Assembly (NCBI GenBank): GCA_965261735.1
Contig: OZ253470.1
Span: 2,880,001-2,944,000, forward strand
DNA length: 64,000 nucleotides
Reading direction: 5' to 3'
From: Alphaproteobacteria bacterium
GTDB taxonomy: Bacteria > Pseudomonadota > Alphaproteobacteria > SHVV01
Part shown: positions 24,918 through 33,369 of the stretch, in pieces
Layout of the letters: each line of letters opens with the position of its first letter
Numbering within the stretch: position 1 is the stretch's first letter
Position numbers and translations under genes: made by a program
Notes under the pieces: generated by a model
Database searches by the model: none
The model's input: only the letters and a program-made list of their open reading frames with translations
Told to the model about the DNA's origin: nothing

Positions 24918-25541
24918 CGTTCGATGGCGTGGTGTGGCGGGTTAGTTGGACAAACCGGGATCCCTTGGCTGGTGGAACCGGCGGTGGTCGATGGCACCCC
25001 CCGAACGACTTCGAAGCGCTGTACACAAGCTTGGACGAAAACGGGGCGCTGGCCGAAATCTACTACCACCTCTCCAAGGCTCCGGTGTTCTCGTCATCGA
25101 ACGTCACCATAAACAAGCTGCACGTGCGCGCGGAGCGGACCCTGGTGTTCGACGATATCGAGGCCCTTACGCAGGTTGGCGTCGACGAAGAAGCGTTCCG
25201 CAGAGGCGACCACTCACGGACCCAAGCAGTTGGCGCCGCGGCTCGTTTCCTGGACATGGAGGGCCTGATCGTGCTGAGTGCCAGATGGTCATGTGCCAAT
25301 CTGATCCTTTTCCTGGACCGCATGCCTGATCTTGAAGCACTGGAGGTGTTGTCAACGAAGGACGTGAACTGGCCAGCATGGCGTGAGAATACGGCGACCG
25401 CCGATTGAAGACGACCAGCGACCAGAAACCGAATGAGACGGGGCGCGGACGGTTCTAACATTGGGACTTATACCTGCTACTTGACAAGATCGCTTTCCCT
25501 TGACCCACCACGCCCGGCGGGCGTCGGGTGCGGCGACGGTA

Positions 25542-25970
25542 TTACGTAATCCCCATCCCTATCGCCGTTTCGGGTTCGTTATCATCTTGGCGCTGCATGG
25601 GCACAAGCCGGTAACGGCCACGCGGCCCAGTCTGCTCAAAACGTCTAGAGCCGGACAAGGTTTGGTAGAGTTGGAGCGAAATATCTCTCGGCTCACCTCT
25701 CAGCAATCCGGCGTCGATAAGCACGGGCCTCACCTGATAGGTGCTTAACTCGCCATCGTTGCGCTCCGCAAACGCTACCAGCGCATCTTCCAAGGGCAAG
25801 CTGGACAGGTTGATTTCCGGTATCGCCGCATCATCACCGCATTCTGCAAGTACCAATCGGAAAGCAGCGATCCTTTCTTCGACGCTGGCGGCGCGTTCCA
25901 GAAGGTCTTCATGCTCTTGCGTCAATTCGTCGAGCCTGTGTTCCACATTCACTATAGTGATTGTCGTCAT
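25542..25970 (-). CDS. Hypothetical protein, N-terminal coiled coil plus possible winged HTH
   Basis: RBS GGAGAGA; heptad-like RLDELTQEHEDLLERAASVEERI; FEQTGPRGRYRL wing-like end. Confidence 0.6.
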   Translation of the reverse strand: MTTITIVNVEHRLDELTQEHEDLLERAASVEERIAAFRLVLAECGDDAAIPEINLSSLPLEDALVAFAERNDGELSTYQVRPVLIDAGLLRGEPRDISLQLYQTLSGSRRFEQTGPRGRYRLVPMQRQDDNEPETAIGMGIT

Positions 25971-26035
25971 CTCTCCTCCGTGCGTTTAGGGGTTGACACC
26001 TGATACACGCACGGCAAGGTAACCATGCGGGTTGG

Positions 26036-26103
26036 TGGCGGAGGCAGTGGGATTCGAACCCACGGAACGCTGGTCCCCCCTCAAGGGTACAGCGTTCAAC
26101 GGC
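26036..26103 (-). tRNA. 3' half of a tRNA-Ser-like gene with a very long variable arm
   Basis: Minus strand GAACGCTG...CAGCGTTC arm, GTGGG-TTCGAAT-CCCAC, TGCCTCC-G-CCA; anticodon loop and 5' half absent. Confidence 0.7.
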
Positions 26104-26252
26104 CCCTATCATTGCATCAAAATCAGGTTGATAACGCGGGCAGAAGCCTATGCCTTCGCCGTGCTAGAGGCGGGGGTTGTCAAGTAGCAGGTATAAGTCC
26201 CCTAACATTCTGGGGCGCGTGAGAGAATCTACCCGGTTCCGGAACCCCCGCT

Positions 26253-26687
26253 ATGAAGGACAAGCGTCCCCCGCCCGAGCTTGTTGGCGCCGAAGCCGAG
26301 ATCAGAGACTTCGCGCTGCGCTTCCCCGAAGCGACCGAGGACACGCCGTGGGGTGAGCGCGCGATCAAGGTCAGAGGCAAGACATTCGTCTTCATGGGCG
26401 GCGGCGAGGGGAGCGCGTTCGTGATGAGCGTGAAGCTTCCGGCGTCGAAGGCGTTCGCGCTCGAGTATCCGTTTACATCACCGACCCACTACGGGATGGG
26501 CAAGCACGGCTGGGTCACGGCGCGCTTTGAGCCGGGCGAGGACCTGCCCGACGACCTCCTGTGCGTTTGGATCACGGAGAGCGATCGCGCGGTGGCCCCA
26601 AGCGGCTCGCCGCGGCCCTCACGCGATAAGGGTCGATCAAGGAATCTCGAGGCGAAACACCTCGATCGGCTCTTGCCGGCCCCGTAG
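26253..26687 (+). CDS. MmcQ/YjbR family protein (probable C-terminal frameshift after AVAP)
   Basis: FPEATEDTPWGERAIKVRGKTF, SVKL, YGMGKHGWV, WITES. Confidence 0.85.
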   Translation: MKDKRPPPELVGAEAEIRDFALRFPEATEDTPWGERAIKVRGKTFVFMGGGEGSAFVMSVKLPASKAFALEYPFTSPTHYGMGKHGWVTARFEPGEDLPDDLLCVWITESDRAVAPSGSPRPSRDKGRSRNLEAKHLDRLLPAP

Positions 26688-26713
26688 GGTGCGCTGACCT
26701 AGGGGGACGAGCC

Positions 26714-26775
26714 TTACTCGGGAGAGTGGCGGCACCCTACATGTAGCGGTCATGGACGTTAACCGGATAGGCAAG
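26714..26775 (+). mobile_element. Orphan IS1595 end (62 bp)
   Basis: Reverse complement of 20693-20754 with one mismatch, ending AACCGGATAGGCAAG. Confidence 0.85.
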
Positions 26776-26821
26776 GGCCCTACACCCTGGTAACCCCGCT
26801 GAAATCGGAGAGAAGGTGCAG

Positions 26822-27000
26822 TGTCTCCTTTTGGCTAGGAGGCGAAGTTGGGACCAAGTCGCCGGTACGGCTGCTCTATCCGCGAAAGCCGACCTTCGAG
26901 CGGCAACGCCCGCTTTGCCCCCATTTCGACTGTTTCACCTGAGGGAGCAGACGGTCCTGTCGATCCACCCGGTCGTCCGCCCCTGATTCTTTCCGGACTT
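26822..27000 (+). repeat. Dispersed multi-hairpin repeat, copy R1
   Basis: TGGCTAGGAGGCGAAGTT...GAAAGCCGACCTTCGAGCGGCAACG...TTCACCTGAGGGAGCAGAC shared with R2-R4. Confidence 0.85.
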
Positions 27001-27045
27001 CCCGGGCGCTGCGCGTACACGGTCACAGGGGCCGCGCGGGGCTGG

Positions 27046-27537
27046 CTACAGCGGGGTCGAGATCATGTTGGGGACGGCGTAGGTGTCGATGAGGACGGTC
27101 TTCTCCTTGAACTTCGGCGCCCCGTCCACGAACACCACCTTGTCTTCGTACTTACCAGCGCTGAACAGCTGGGTCTCGCCCTCGGCATCGGTCTGATAGA
27201 CGACGAAGCTCGACCACACGCGGTAGGCACCCTCCGCCTCACGGGCCAGCCGGATGTTGCTCACCAGGTGGCGGTCGAAATGCAGGTTGTAGACGAGGGC
27301 CTCGCGCAGCACGAGCACTCGATCGCGCAGCATGTCCTTGTTGTCGAAGTAGAGGATCGGGAGCGAGAGGCCCTGATCGGTATTCTCGCGCGGGACGATC
27401 TTGTAGCAGCAGTCCTCGACGAAGAAGTCGGGCCACTCCTCGAGCCGGTCGTCGTCTATACAGTGGGCGTAGTCGTAAAGAAGGCCCGTGATCTGCTGGA
27501 CGATGCGGCCGTCGATGATTTCCGCTTTTCGGCTCAC
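27046..27537 (-). CDS. Aromatic-ring-hydroxylating dioxygenase beta subunit
   Basis: YAHCIDDDRLEEWPDFF..YKIVPREN..MLRDRV..RHLVSN..GKYED. Confidence 0.92.
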   Translation of the reverse strand: MSRKAEIIDGRIVQQITGLLYDYAHCIDDDRLEEWPDFFVEDCCYKIVPRENTDQGLSLPILYFDNKDMLRDRVLVLREALVYNLHFDRHLVSNIRLAREAEGAYRVWSSFVVYQTDAEGETQLFSAGKYEDKVVFVDGAPKFKEKTVLIDTYAVPNMISTPL

Positions 27538-28808
27538 GCCGGGCGCCACACCGATCCGTCCTGCGCCGGAAACCCCATCAGGTGGCAGTAAAATCGCCAG
27601 AACCCGCGCACCGGCACCTCGGTCAAGGGCGTGTCCTGATTCTCGATCGCGCCCGTGCCGCCCATCTCGATGACCGAGTGGCGCTCCTTCTCGCGGCCGA
27701 GCACGCGCTGGATGAGCGCCCCTGCCTCACCATCCTCGATCGAGACATACCCCGCCGGACCGATCAGATTGACCTGCTTGAGGCGCAGGGCGCGCAACGC
27801 CGCATCGTCGTCGGCATAGCCGAAACAGGTCCAGTAGAGCTCGAACTCGTTGGGCCCGCGCGGCCGTATCTGGCGTGTCGCCAGCGTGTTCGACAGGCGC
27901 TGGAAGAGGACGCTCGGAAACAGGGCCATCATCATGATGGCTCGCCCGTCGCCGGTCTCGTCGCGGAATTCCAAGAGGCTCGGATCGGCGAGCGACATTG
28001 ACTCATGAAAGACGCCGAGGTCCTTCAGGTCCTGGTTGCCGTCCGAGGCCGCATCGTCGCTGCCGAACTGGGTGTAGACCACGCGGTGGCGGCGCCACTT
28101 GTCCATCAGCGACTCGCCCTTCTGCGTCGTGCGCATGATCCCAAAGGTGGTCTGGAACTGGTGCAGCAGCCCGGCATGGTAGGAGTCCATGAGGTTCTCG
28201 AAGTAGAACTTCCAGTTGCCGGGAATGCGCTGGCGCCAATAGCCGAGGATCTCGATCGGTTTGCCGAGCAAGAGGTCGAGATAGTCTCGGTTGGCCTCGT
28301 CGAGAAAGTCCTCGAGCGGCTCGACGTCGTCGCGAAAGGAGCCGAAGATCGCGCCCCGATAGCTCGCCACCTTGAGCGTCCGTAGGCCGTGATCCTCTTT
28401 CCTAAAGTTTTCCGGCATGCCGCCTTTACCGGCGACGCCGCGCTGGAAGGGCACGCCGATCAGCTTGCCCGTGAGATCGTAGCACCAATGGTGGTAGATG
28501 CAGGTGTGATCGGTCGCGTTGCCGCGCAGCTTGCGCACCACCATGGTGCCGCGATGGGCGCAGCGGTTGACGAAGGCATGGAGGGTGCCGTCAGTGGCGC
28601 GGCTGACGACCACGGGCGTCTCGCCCACGTAGGTCGACCGAAAGTCGCCGGGTTTGGGAAGCTCGGCCTCGAGGGCGAGATAGCACCACACGGGGCCCTG
28701 AAAGATCCGCTCCTGCTCGCGCGCGTACACGTCGGGGTCGTTGAAGACGAGGTAGGGAACGCGGCTGTAGTCCGACGCCGGCCACGTGAGGTCGTTCATG
28801 TCGCCCAT
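27534..28808 (-). CDS. Aromatic-ring-hydroxylating oxygenase alpha subunit (salicylate 5-hydroxylase / anthranilate / terephthalate group)
   Basis: SRVPY..F, NRCAHRG..CIYHHW, GVPFQRGVAGKGGMP, NWKFYFENLMDSYHAGLLH, NLIGPAGYVSIEDGE. Confidence 0.9.
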   Translation of the reverse strand: MGDMNDLTWPASDYSRVPYLVFNDPDVYAREQERIFQGPVWCYLALEAELPKPGDFRSTYVGETPVVVSRATDGTLHAFVNRCAHRGTMVVRKLRGNATDHTCIYHHWCYDLTGKLIGVPFQRGVAGKGGMPENFRKEDHGLRTLKVASYRGAIFGSFRDDVEPLEDFLDEANRDYLDLLLGKPIEILGYWRQRIPGNWKFYFENLMDSYHAGLLHQFQTTFGIMRTTQKGESLMDKWRRHRVVYTQFGSDDAASDGNQDLKDLGVFHESMSLADPSLLEFRDETGDGRAIMMMALFPSVLFQRLSNTLATRQIRPRGPNEFELYWTCFGYADDDAALRALRLKQVNLIGPAGYVSIEDGEAGALIQRVLGREKERHSVIEMGGTGAIENQDTPLTEVPVRGFWRFYCHLMGFPAQDGSVWRPA

Positions 28809-28872
28809 GGAGCTACGACAAAGAAGAAGGGTTCCTTCTCGGCCCGATACCCTATCACGCCACACCGTCGCG

Positions 28873-29718
28873 CTACGGCTTTTTGCTCCGGGCCAGGAAG
28901 TACCAGGGGATAACCAGCCGCTCCACGAGGCCGACGAGCAGGAACAGCGCGATCGCCATGGTCGCGAGATAGAAGATCGCGGCGAAGATGTCGCCCGTAA
29001 GAAACGCCGAATTGGCCGACATGATGACGGGCCCCAACCCCTTGTCGGCGCCGACCCACTCGCCGACGATGGCGCCGATCGCGCTTGCCGCCGCGGCCAG
29101 CCGCAGGCCCGAGAAAATGTGAGGCAACGCGGCCGGAAACTGCACCTTGAAGAAGACCTGCCGCCGCTTGGCACCGAGAGACTCCATCAGATTGAGCGCC
29201 TCGCTCTCGACCGAGGCGTAGCCCGCCATCGAGTTGACCACCAGCGGGAAGAAGCACAGGAGCGCGGTCACCAGGACCTTGGGCAGCATGCCGAAGCCGA
29301 ACCAGATGATGAGTATCGGCGCGATGGCAATGACTGGGACGGCCTGCGAGGCGACGACGAACGGCAGCAGCCCGCGGCGCAGAACGCTGGAAAAGAAGAT
29401 CGCCGTGCCCAAGGAGAAGCCCGTAGCGACGCCGAGCGCAAAGCCGGCGAGGATCTCCTGGAGCGTGACCCAGGCATTGGGGAGGAAGGTGTCGCCGGCT
29501 TTGACGATACCGATCTCGACGATCTTGCTGAGCGGCGGCAGGATGTAATCGGGCATGCCCGTGACGATCACGAACAGCTCCCAAAAGGCGATTCCGGTCG
29601 TGACCAGTAGCGCCGCCGGCCAGATCGCGTGAACCCGCGCGCGGAGCTTGGCTGCTCGAGCAGGCGTCGCACCGCCCGGGTGCGCGGCCATGCGCGCCGG
29701 GCGCCCGGCGGCGGTCAT
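28873..29718 (-). CDS. ABC transporter permease (SsuC/TauC type)
   Basis: SQAVPVIAIAPILIIWFGFG, ALPHIFSGLR, GAIVGEWVGADKGLG. Confidence 0.92.
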   Translation of the reverse strand: MTAAGRPARMAAHPGGATPARAAKLRARVHAIWPAALLVTTGIAFWELFVIVTGMPDYILPPLSKIVEIGIVKAGDTFLPNAWVTLQEILAGFALGVATGFSLGTAIFFSSVLRRGLLPFVVASQAVPVIAIAPILIIWFGFGMLPKVLVTALLCFFPLVVNSMAGYASVESEALNLMESLGAKRRQVFFKVQFPAALPHIFSGLRLAAAASAIGAIVGEWVGADKGLGPVIMSANSAFLTGDIFAAIFYLATMAIALFLLVGLVERLVIPWYFLARSKKP

Positions 29719-29795
29719 GTCGGCCTCATGGGTGTTCCCGGCGTCGCCGCGGGTGGACCACGATCAGGTTCCACCCGTGGCGATACCGGTTGCGC

Positions 29796-30827
29796 CTACT
29801 GTTTCGGCAGGTAGGCGTTCGTGAAGTAGTCCGACGCCGGCCCGACGGGCGCGTTGACGAGCTTGCGCTTGAGCGCCCAATCCTGGGCCGCTTGCCAAGT
29901 GTCCATGTCCTGGAGCAAATATTTCCCGCCCTTGCCCGGGTATAGATCCTTGTGGCCGTTCCACTTGGCCCAGTTCTCGTCCATCGTCAGCGCGCCCGGA
30001 CGCGCCTTGGTGATGAAATCGATGGTCTCGTCGGGCCTGGCCAACACCGACTTCATGCCCTTCAGGGTGGCCTTGAGGAACCGGCACGCCGTTTGCGAAT
30101 TGTCCTGCAGCCAGTCGCGGTTCGCCGCCAGCAGGGTGTAGTAGAACGGCGGCACGCCGTAATCCTTGTACAGGAGGATCTTAGCCGCCGGCTTGCCCTC
30201 TTTCTTGAGACGAGCCGAGAGCGTCAGCTGCTCGCTGAAGGTGAGCGCATGCGAGGCATCGATCTTGCGGGCCATGAGCAGGGCGAGGCCCGCGAAACCG
30301 GGATCCACGACCTTCACGTCTTTGCGCTTCAGCCCCCCGGCCTCGAGCACGGAGGAGAGATAGGCCTGGGCATCGCGTTTGGTCCCGACGCCGAGAATCT
30401 TGCCGCGCAGATCAGCGGCGGTCTTGATGTCCTGGTCGGGCATGAACAACAGGCCCGAGCTGAGCTCCTGCAGCATGATTGCCACTGAAACCACCGGGAT
30501 TGTCAGCTCCTGCGAGATCATGATCTCGGGCACGTAGGTGATGCTGAAGTTCACCCGCTTCATGGCCACGAGCTTGATCGGGTCGGCCGGGTTTGCCGGC
30601 GCGATCAGCTCGACCTCGAGACCCTCGTCTTTGTAGAAGCCCTTGTGCTTGGCCTCCCAGAGCGGGGCCTGCTGGGTCACCGGGAGCCAGTCGTTCATGA
30701 CGACAACTTTGGTGCTCTCGGGCGGGCCTCCGGTGCAGGCGGAACCGACGGTGTCCGCCGTGACCGGACCGGCCCATAGAGTCAGCGCCGTGGCTGCCGC
30801 AATGGCGTAAAGCTTGCGCAGAATCAT
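29796..30827 (-). CDS. ABC substrate-binding protein, NMT1/THI5-like
   Basis: Signal peptide; DWLP..APLWEAKHKGFYKDEGLEVEL..PANPADPIKLVA; YGVPPFY; YFTNAYLP. Confidence 0.88.
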   Translation of the reverse strand: MILRKLYAIAAATALTLWAGPVTADTVGSACTGGPPESTKVVVMNDWLPVTQQAPLWEAKHKGFYKDEGLEVELIAPANPADPIKLVAMKRVNFSITYVPEIMISQELTIPVVSVAIMLQELSSGLLFMPDQDIKTAADLRGKILGVGTKRDAQAYLSSVLEAGGLKRKDVKVVDPGFAGLALLMARKIDASHALTFSEQLTLSARLKKEGKPAAKILLYKDYGVPPFYYTLLAANRDWLQDNSQTACRFLKATLKGMKSVLARPDETIDFITKARPGALTMDENWAKWNGHKDLYPGKGGKYLLQDMDTWQAAQDWALKRKLVNAPVGPASDYFTNAYLPKQ

Positions 30828-31152
30828 TGGGTATCCTCCTCATCGAATGAGCCGCTGGTTTGCCGGACCGCCAGCGGGCGTGATCGACGCGCCCGCAAGC
30901 CTACCGGGTGTCTCGTCGCCCTGCGGCCTCGACTCCTGTGGCAGATCGGCTCGACGTCGACCCTTGCCGCCCAATACGACCGGGCCGCAGGAGCCTTGTC
31001 AACACTCGTACGGAAAGGAGTGCCGGCAACGCCGCGACCGGACCTGCCCTCGTGTTAGCTGCGCACACGCGGCCGGAAGCGCCTTCTGATCGACCAGCGG
31101 CCCCCGAAAGCGATACTCGCTATTGAAGTCGACCCGCGCCCGATGCCGGTTT

Positions 31153-31333
31153 TGTCTGCTTCTGGCTACGAGGCGAAGTTTGGACCAGGTCGCCGATACG
31201 ACCGATCTACCCCCGAAAGCAGACTTTCGAGCGACAACGTCCGCTTCGCCCCCCACTTCGTCTGCTTCACCTTAGGGAGCGGACCTGACCGGCGGTTCCG
31301 CCGTTCGTCTGATCCTGACCCAACTCGGACATT
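31153..31333 (+). repeat. Dispersed multi-hairpin repeat, copy R2
   Basis: TGGCTACGAGGCGAAGTT...CCCCGAAAGCAGACTTTCGAGCGACAACGTCCGCTT...TTCACCTTAGGGAGCGGAC...CGGACATT. Confidence 0.85.
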
Positions 31334-31634
31334 GGTGCCTGACTTGACGCACGCGGCAGGCTTTAGGGACCCACAACTCGCCGTAGGTAGACGCGGTAGA
31401 GCACAGACGTAGTCAGCAGCACCGGTTTTCAAAGACGGCCTTTATTGCGGCGCTCAGAAACCCCCGCCAAAACCAACTGCGTTAAACCTACTGCGGACGA
31501 AGAGGGCCCCATTAGAAATTACAATTCTTTCGGATGGTCTCCTCGACCGGAACACCTCCAACTACGACTCCCTTCTCCAACGCGAAGCCACGGACGCCCG
31601 ACACGGTGCCGAACAGTTCGCGCGTCGCCCGCGA

Positions 31635-32303
31635 TCACCGGTCGCTCGTGAGGAGGTTCATTGCCCGCGCAAGCAGGCTCATGAGCCGTGCGCCTCGAGC
31701 CGGATCGTCGGCCGTCAGCGTGACGTGCTCGGCGCCGAATTCCTCCAAAGTGATGACCCCGTCCGCGACGGCCATCATCGGTTCATAGGCGGTTGTCAGT
31801 ACGACGTCGGGCGCATCGGGCGCACCGACATGGACGTGGACCGCGCCGTCGCGCACGCTGAGCGTAAAGGGCTCGCCGTCGACCACCAACCCGGCCGTCA
31901 CCTCGTCCTCCGGCGTCATCACGCGCTGGCAGGCCGTCTGTAGCGTCACGGCGATCGTGCGCAGATTGACCGGTGGGCGCGTTTCCTCATCCGGTGGAAA
32001 GCGCCCGCCGAACCGCGCCAGCTCGAACAGGAGATCCCCTGAGCGCGCGCCGAGCTCTGTGAGCTCATAGAGCGTGACCCCGTAGTCCGCCTCCCGCCGC
32101 CGCACCACCCCGTCCGCCGTGAGCTGTTGCAGTCGGGTCGTGAGCAGGTTCGAGGCGATGCCCTCGAGCCCACTCAAGAGGTCGGAATAGCGCGCCGGCC
32201 CCGCGTGAAGATCACGCAGGATCAACAACGTCCAGCGGTCGCCGACGCGATCCAGCGCGCGGGCAATGGGACAAAGAAGCTGATATCGGCGCGGTCCTGC
32301 CAT
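31635..32303 (-). CDS. HxlR-family winged-helix regulator with C-terminal SCP2-like domain
   Basis: YQLLCPIARALDRVGDRWTLLILRDL, GIASNLLTTRL, YELTELG. Confidence 0.9.
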   Translation of the reverse strand: MAGPRRYQLLCPIARALDRVGDRWTLLILRDLHAGPARYSDLLSGLEGIASNLLTTRLQQLTADGVVRRREADYGVTLYELTELGARSGDLLFELARFGGRFPPDEETRPPVNLRTIAVTLQTACQRVMTPEDEVTAGLVVDGEPFTLSVRDGAVHVHVGAPDAPDVVLTTAYEPMMAVADGVITLEEFGAEHVTLTADDPARGARLMSLLARAMNLLTSDR

Positions 32304-32362
32304 GCCCTCACACCATCGTCGACCCGAGGAATTTCGTCGGATCGTTTAATATATCATTTTTT

Positions 32363-32381
32363 AACTTGATTTTTTCAAGTT
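32363..32381. promoter_or_regulatory. Putative HxlR-type operator in the divergent promoter
   Basis: Perfect inverted repeat AACTTGA-N5-TCAAGTT in an AT-rich intergenic region. Confidence 0.65.
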
Positions 32382-32427
32382 CAAACCTAAATCCTGGTTG
32401 TTGCCCAGCCACGCAATGGAGAATGAC

Positions 32428-32721
32428 ATGAGCGCATTGATGATCGCCCGTATCACCGTCAAGGACCCAGCAAAATTCCAGGAGTATCTCGCTAAGACGC
32501 AGGCGGTCGCAGCGCCTTACGGCGCGGAACTCGTCCATCGCGGCAAGGCCGATAAGGCGCTGACCGGCGAGAGCGCGGACCACGAGCTCGCCGTGATCGT
32601 GAAATTCCCGAGCCTCGCGAAGCTCGACGAGTGGTACGGCTCCGACGCCTACCAGCCGCTCAAGGCGCTCCGCGATGCCGGCGCCGACATGAGGATGACA
32701 AGCTACGAGGTGACGGGTTGA
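32428..32721 (+). CDS. DUF1330 domain protein
   Basis: FQEYLAK..YGAE..IVKFPS..WYGSDAYQPLKALRD. Confidence 0.9.
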   Translation: MSALMIARITVKDPAKFQEYLAKTQAVAAPYGAELVHRGKADKALTGESADHELAVIVKFPSLAKLDEWYGSDAYQPLKALRDAGADMRMTSYEVTG

Positions 32722-33044
32722 CCGCGAAGCCATACGCGGGTGCGAGCCGCGGCTGCGCCACGTAACCTCGGCGCCCTCCCCTTATCCCGCGTAAATCGCA
32801 ATAGTGAACACGGCTGAGATATGTGCCATGCCAAGAATACGTTGGCACTGCACGGTGGGGAATCTTGAACCGGGTTTTCACACGGTCTGGTCCGTTTTGA
32901 CGGGCCTCCCGCGCTCCAAAAGATCGATCTCTAAGAGGTTTGCAAAAGCCCCCGCCAAAACCTTTGAGTTTTGAGGGGGTTTTGATAGCACCGCGTTTGG
33001 GCGGGCTCTCATAAACGCGGAGGCTGTGGTGCTGGCTCGCCGCG

Positions 33045-33155
33045 AATGAGCGGTTATGGCTAGTTCCGGTCGTCAGGGTAGGGAGCAAATTACGACCGGT
33101 TTCTGGTGAACAGCAGACATTTGGCGTGACAATGTCCGCTCTACCCCGCATATCG
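33045..33155 (+). repeat. Degenerate copy R6 of the multi-hairpin repeat
   Basis: AATGAGCGGTTATGGCTAG, AACAGCAGACATT and AATGTCCGCTCTACCCC subunits. Confidence 0.5.
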
Positions 33156-33369
33156 GGCCAACGGCCGCCACCTCGGAGCGCGCCGCGGCAAGGGGAACCC
33201 AGTCGCCCATCGCCCGAGGCCCTCATCGGGCGAAGAGTCGAGGAGCCGTGGCTTCGATGCCGGGATGAGCGCTTCACCCTACGCGGCCATCCGACAGTGA
33301 CGCTCGCCGGCGCCGTTGGCGAACGGCATGCGGATTGCCGTATCGTGGTTCCGCACGGTATGGATGGGC

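Larger units (their letters stand above)
23480..25408 (+). pseudogene. RES-domain toxin interrupted by IS110; pieces 23480..23545 and 24920..25408 give 184 aa in frame
   Basis: LEPQP|FDGVVWRV..GGRW..LYTS..ALAE..TQAVG..GLIVLSAR..NLILF. Confidence 0.9.

Noticed and set aside
26036-26103. Fragment as selC (tRNA-Sec) or tmRNA end
   Set aside because: A 7-nt acceptor strand after a 5-bp T-stem and a G discriminator fit Ser, not the 8/5 Sec fold or the tmRNA ACCA end
31380-31445. tRNA-like words (GGTAGACGCG, CCGGTTTTCAA)
   Set aside because: No T-arm or acceptor stem; cannot be folded into a cloverleaf
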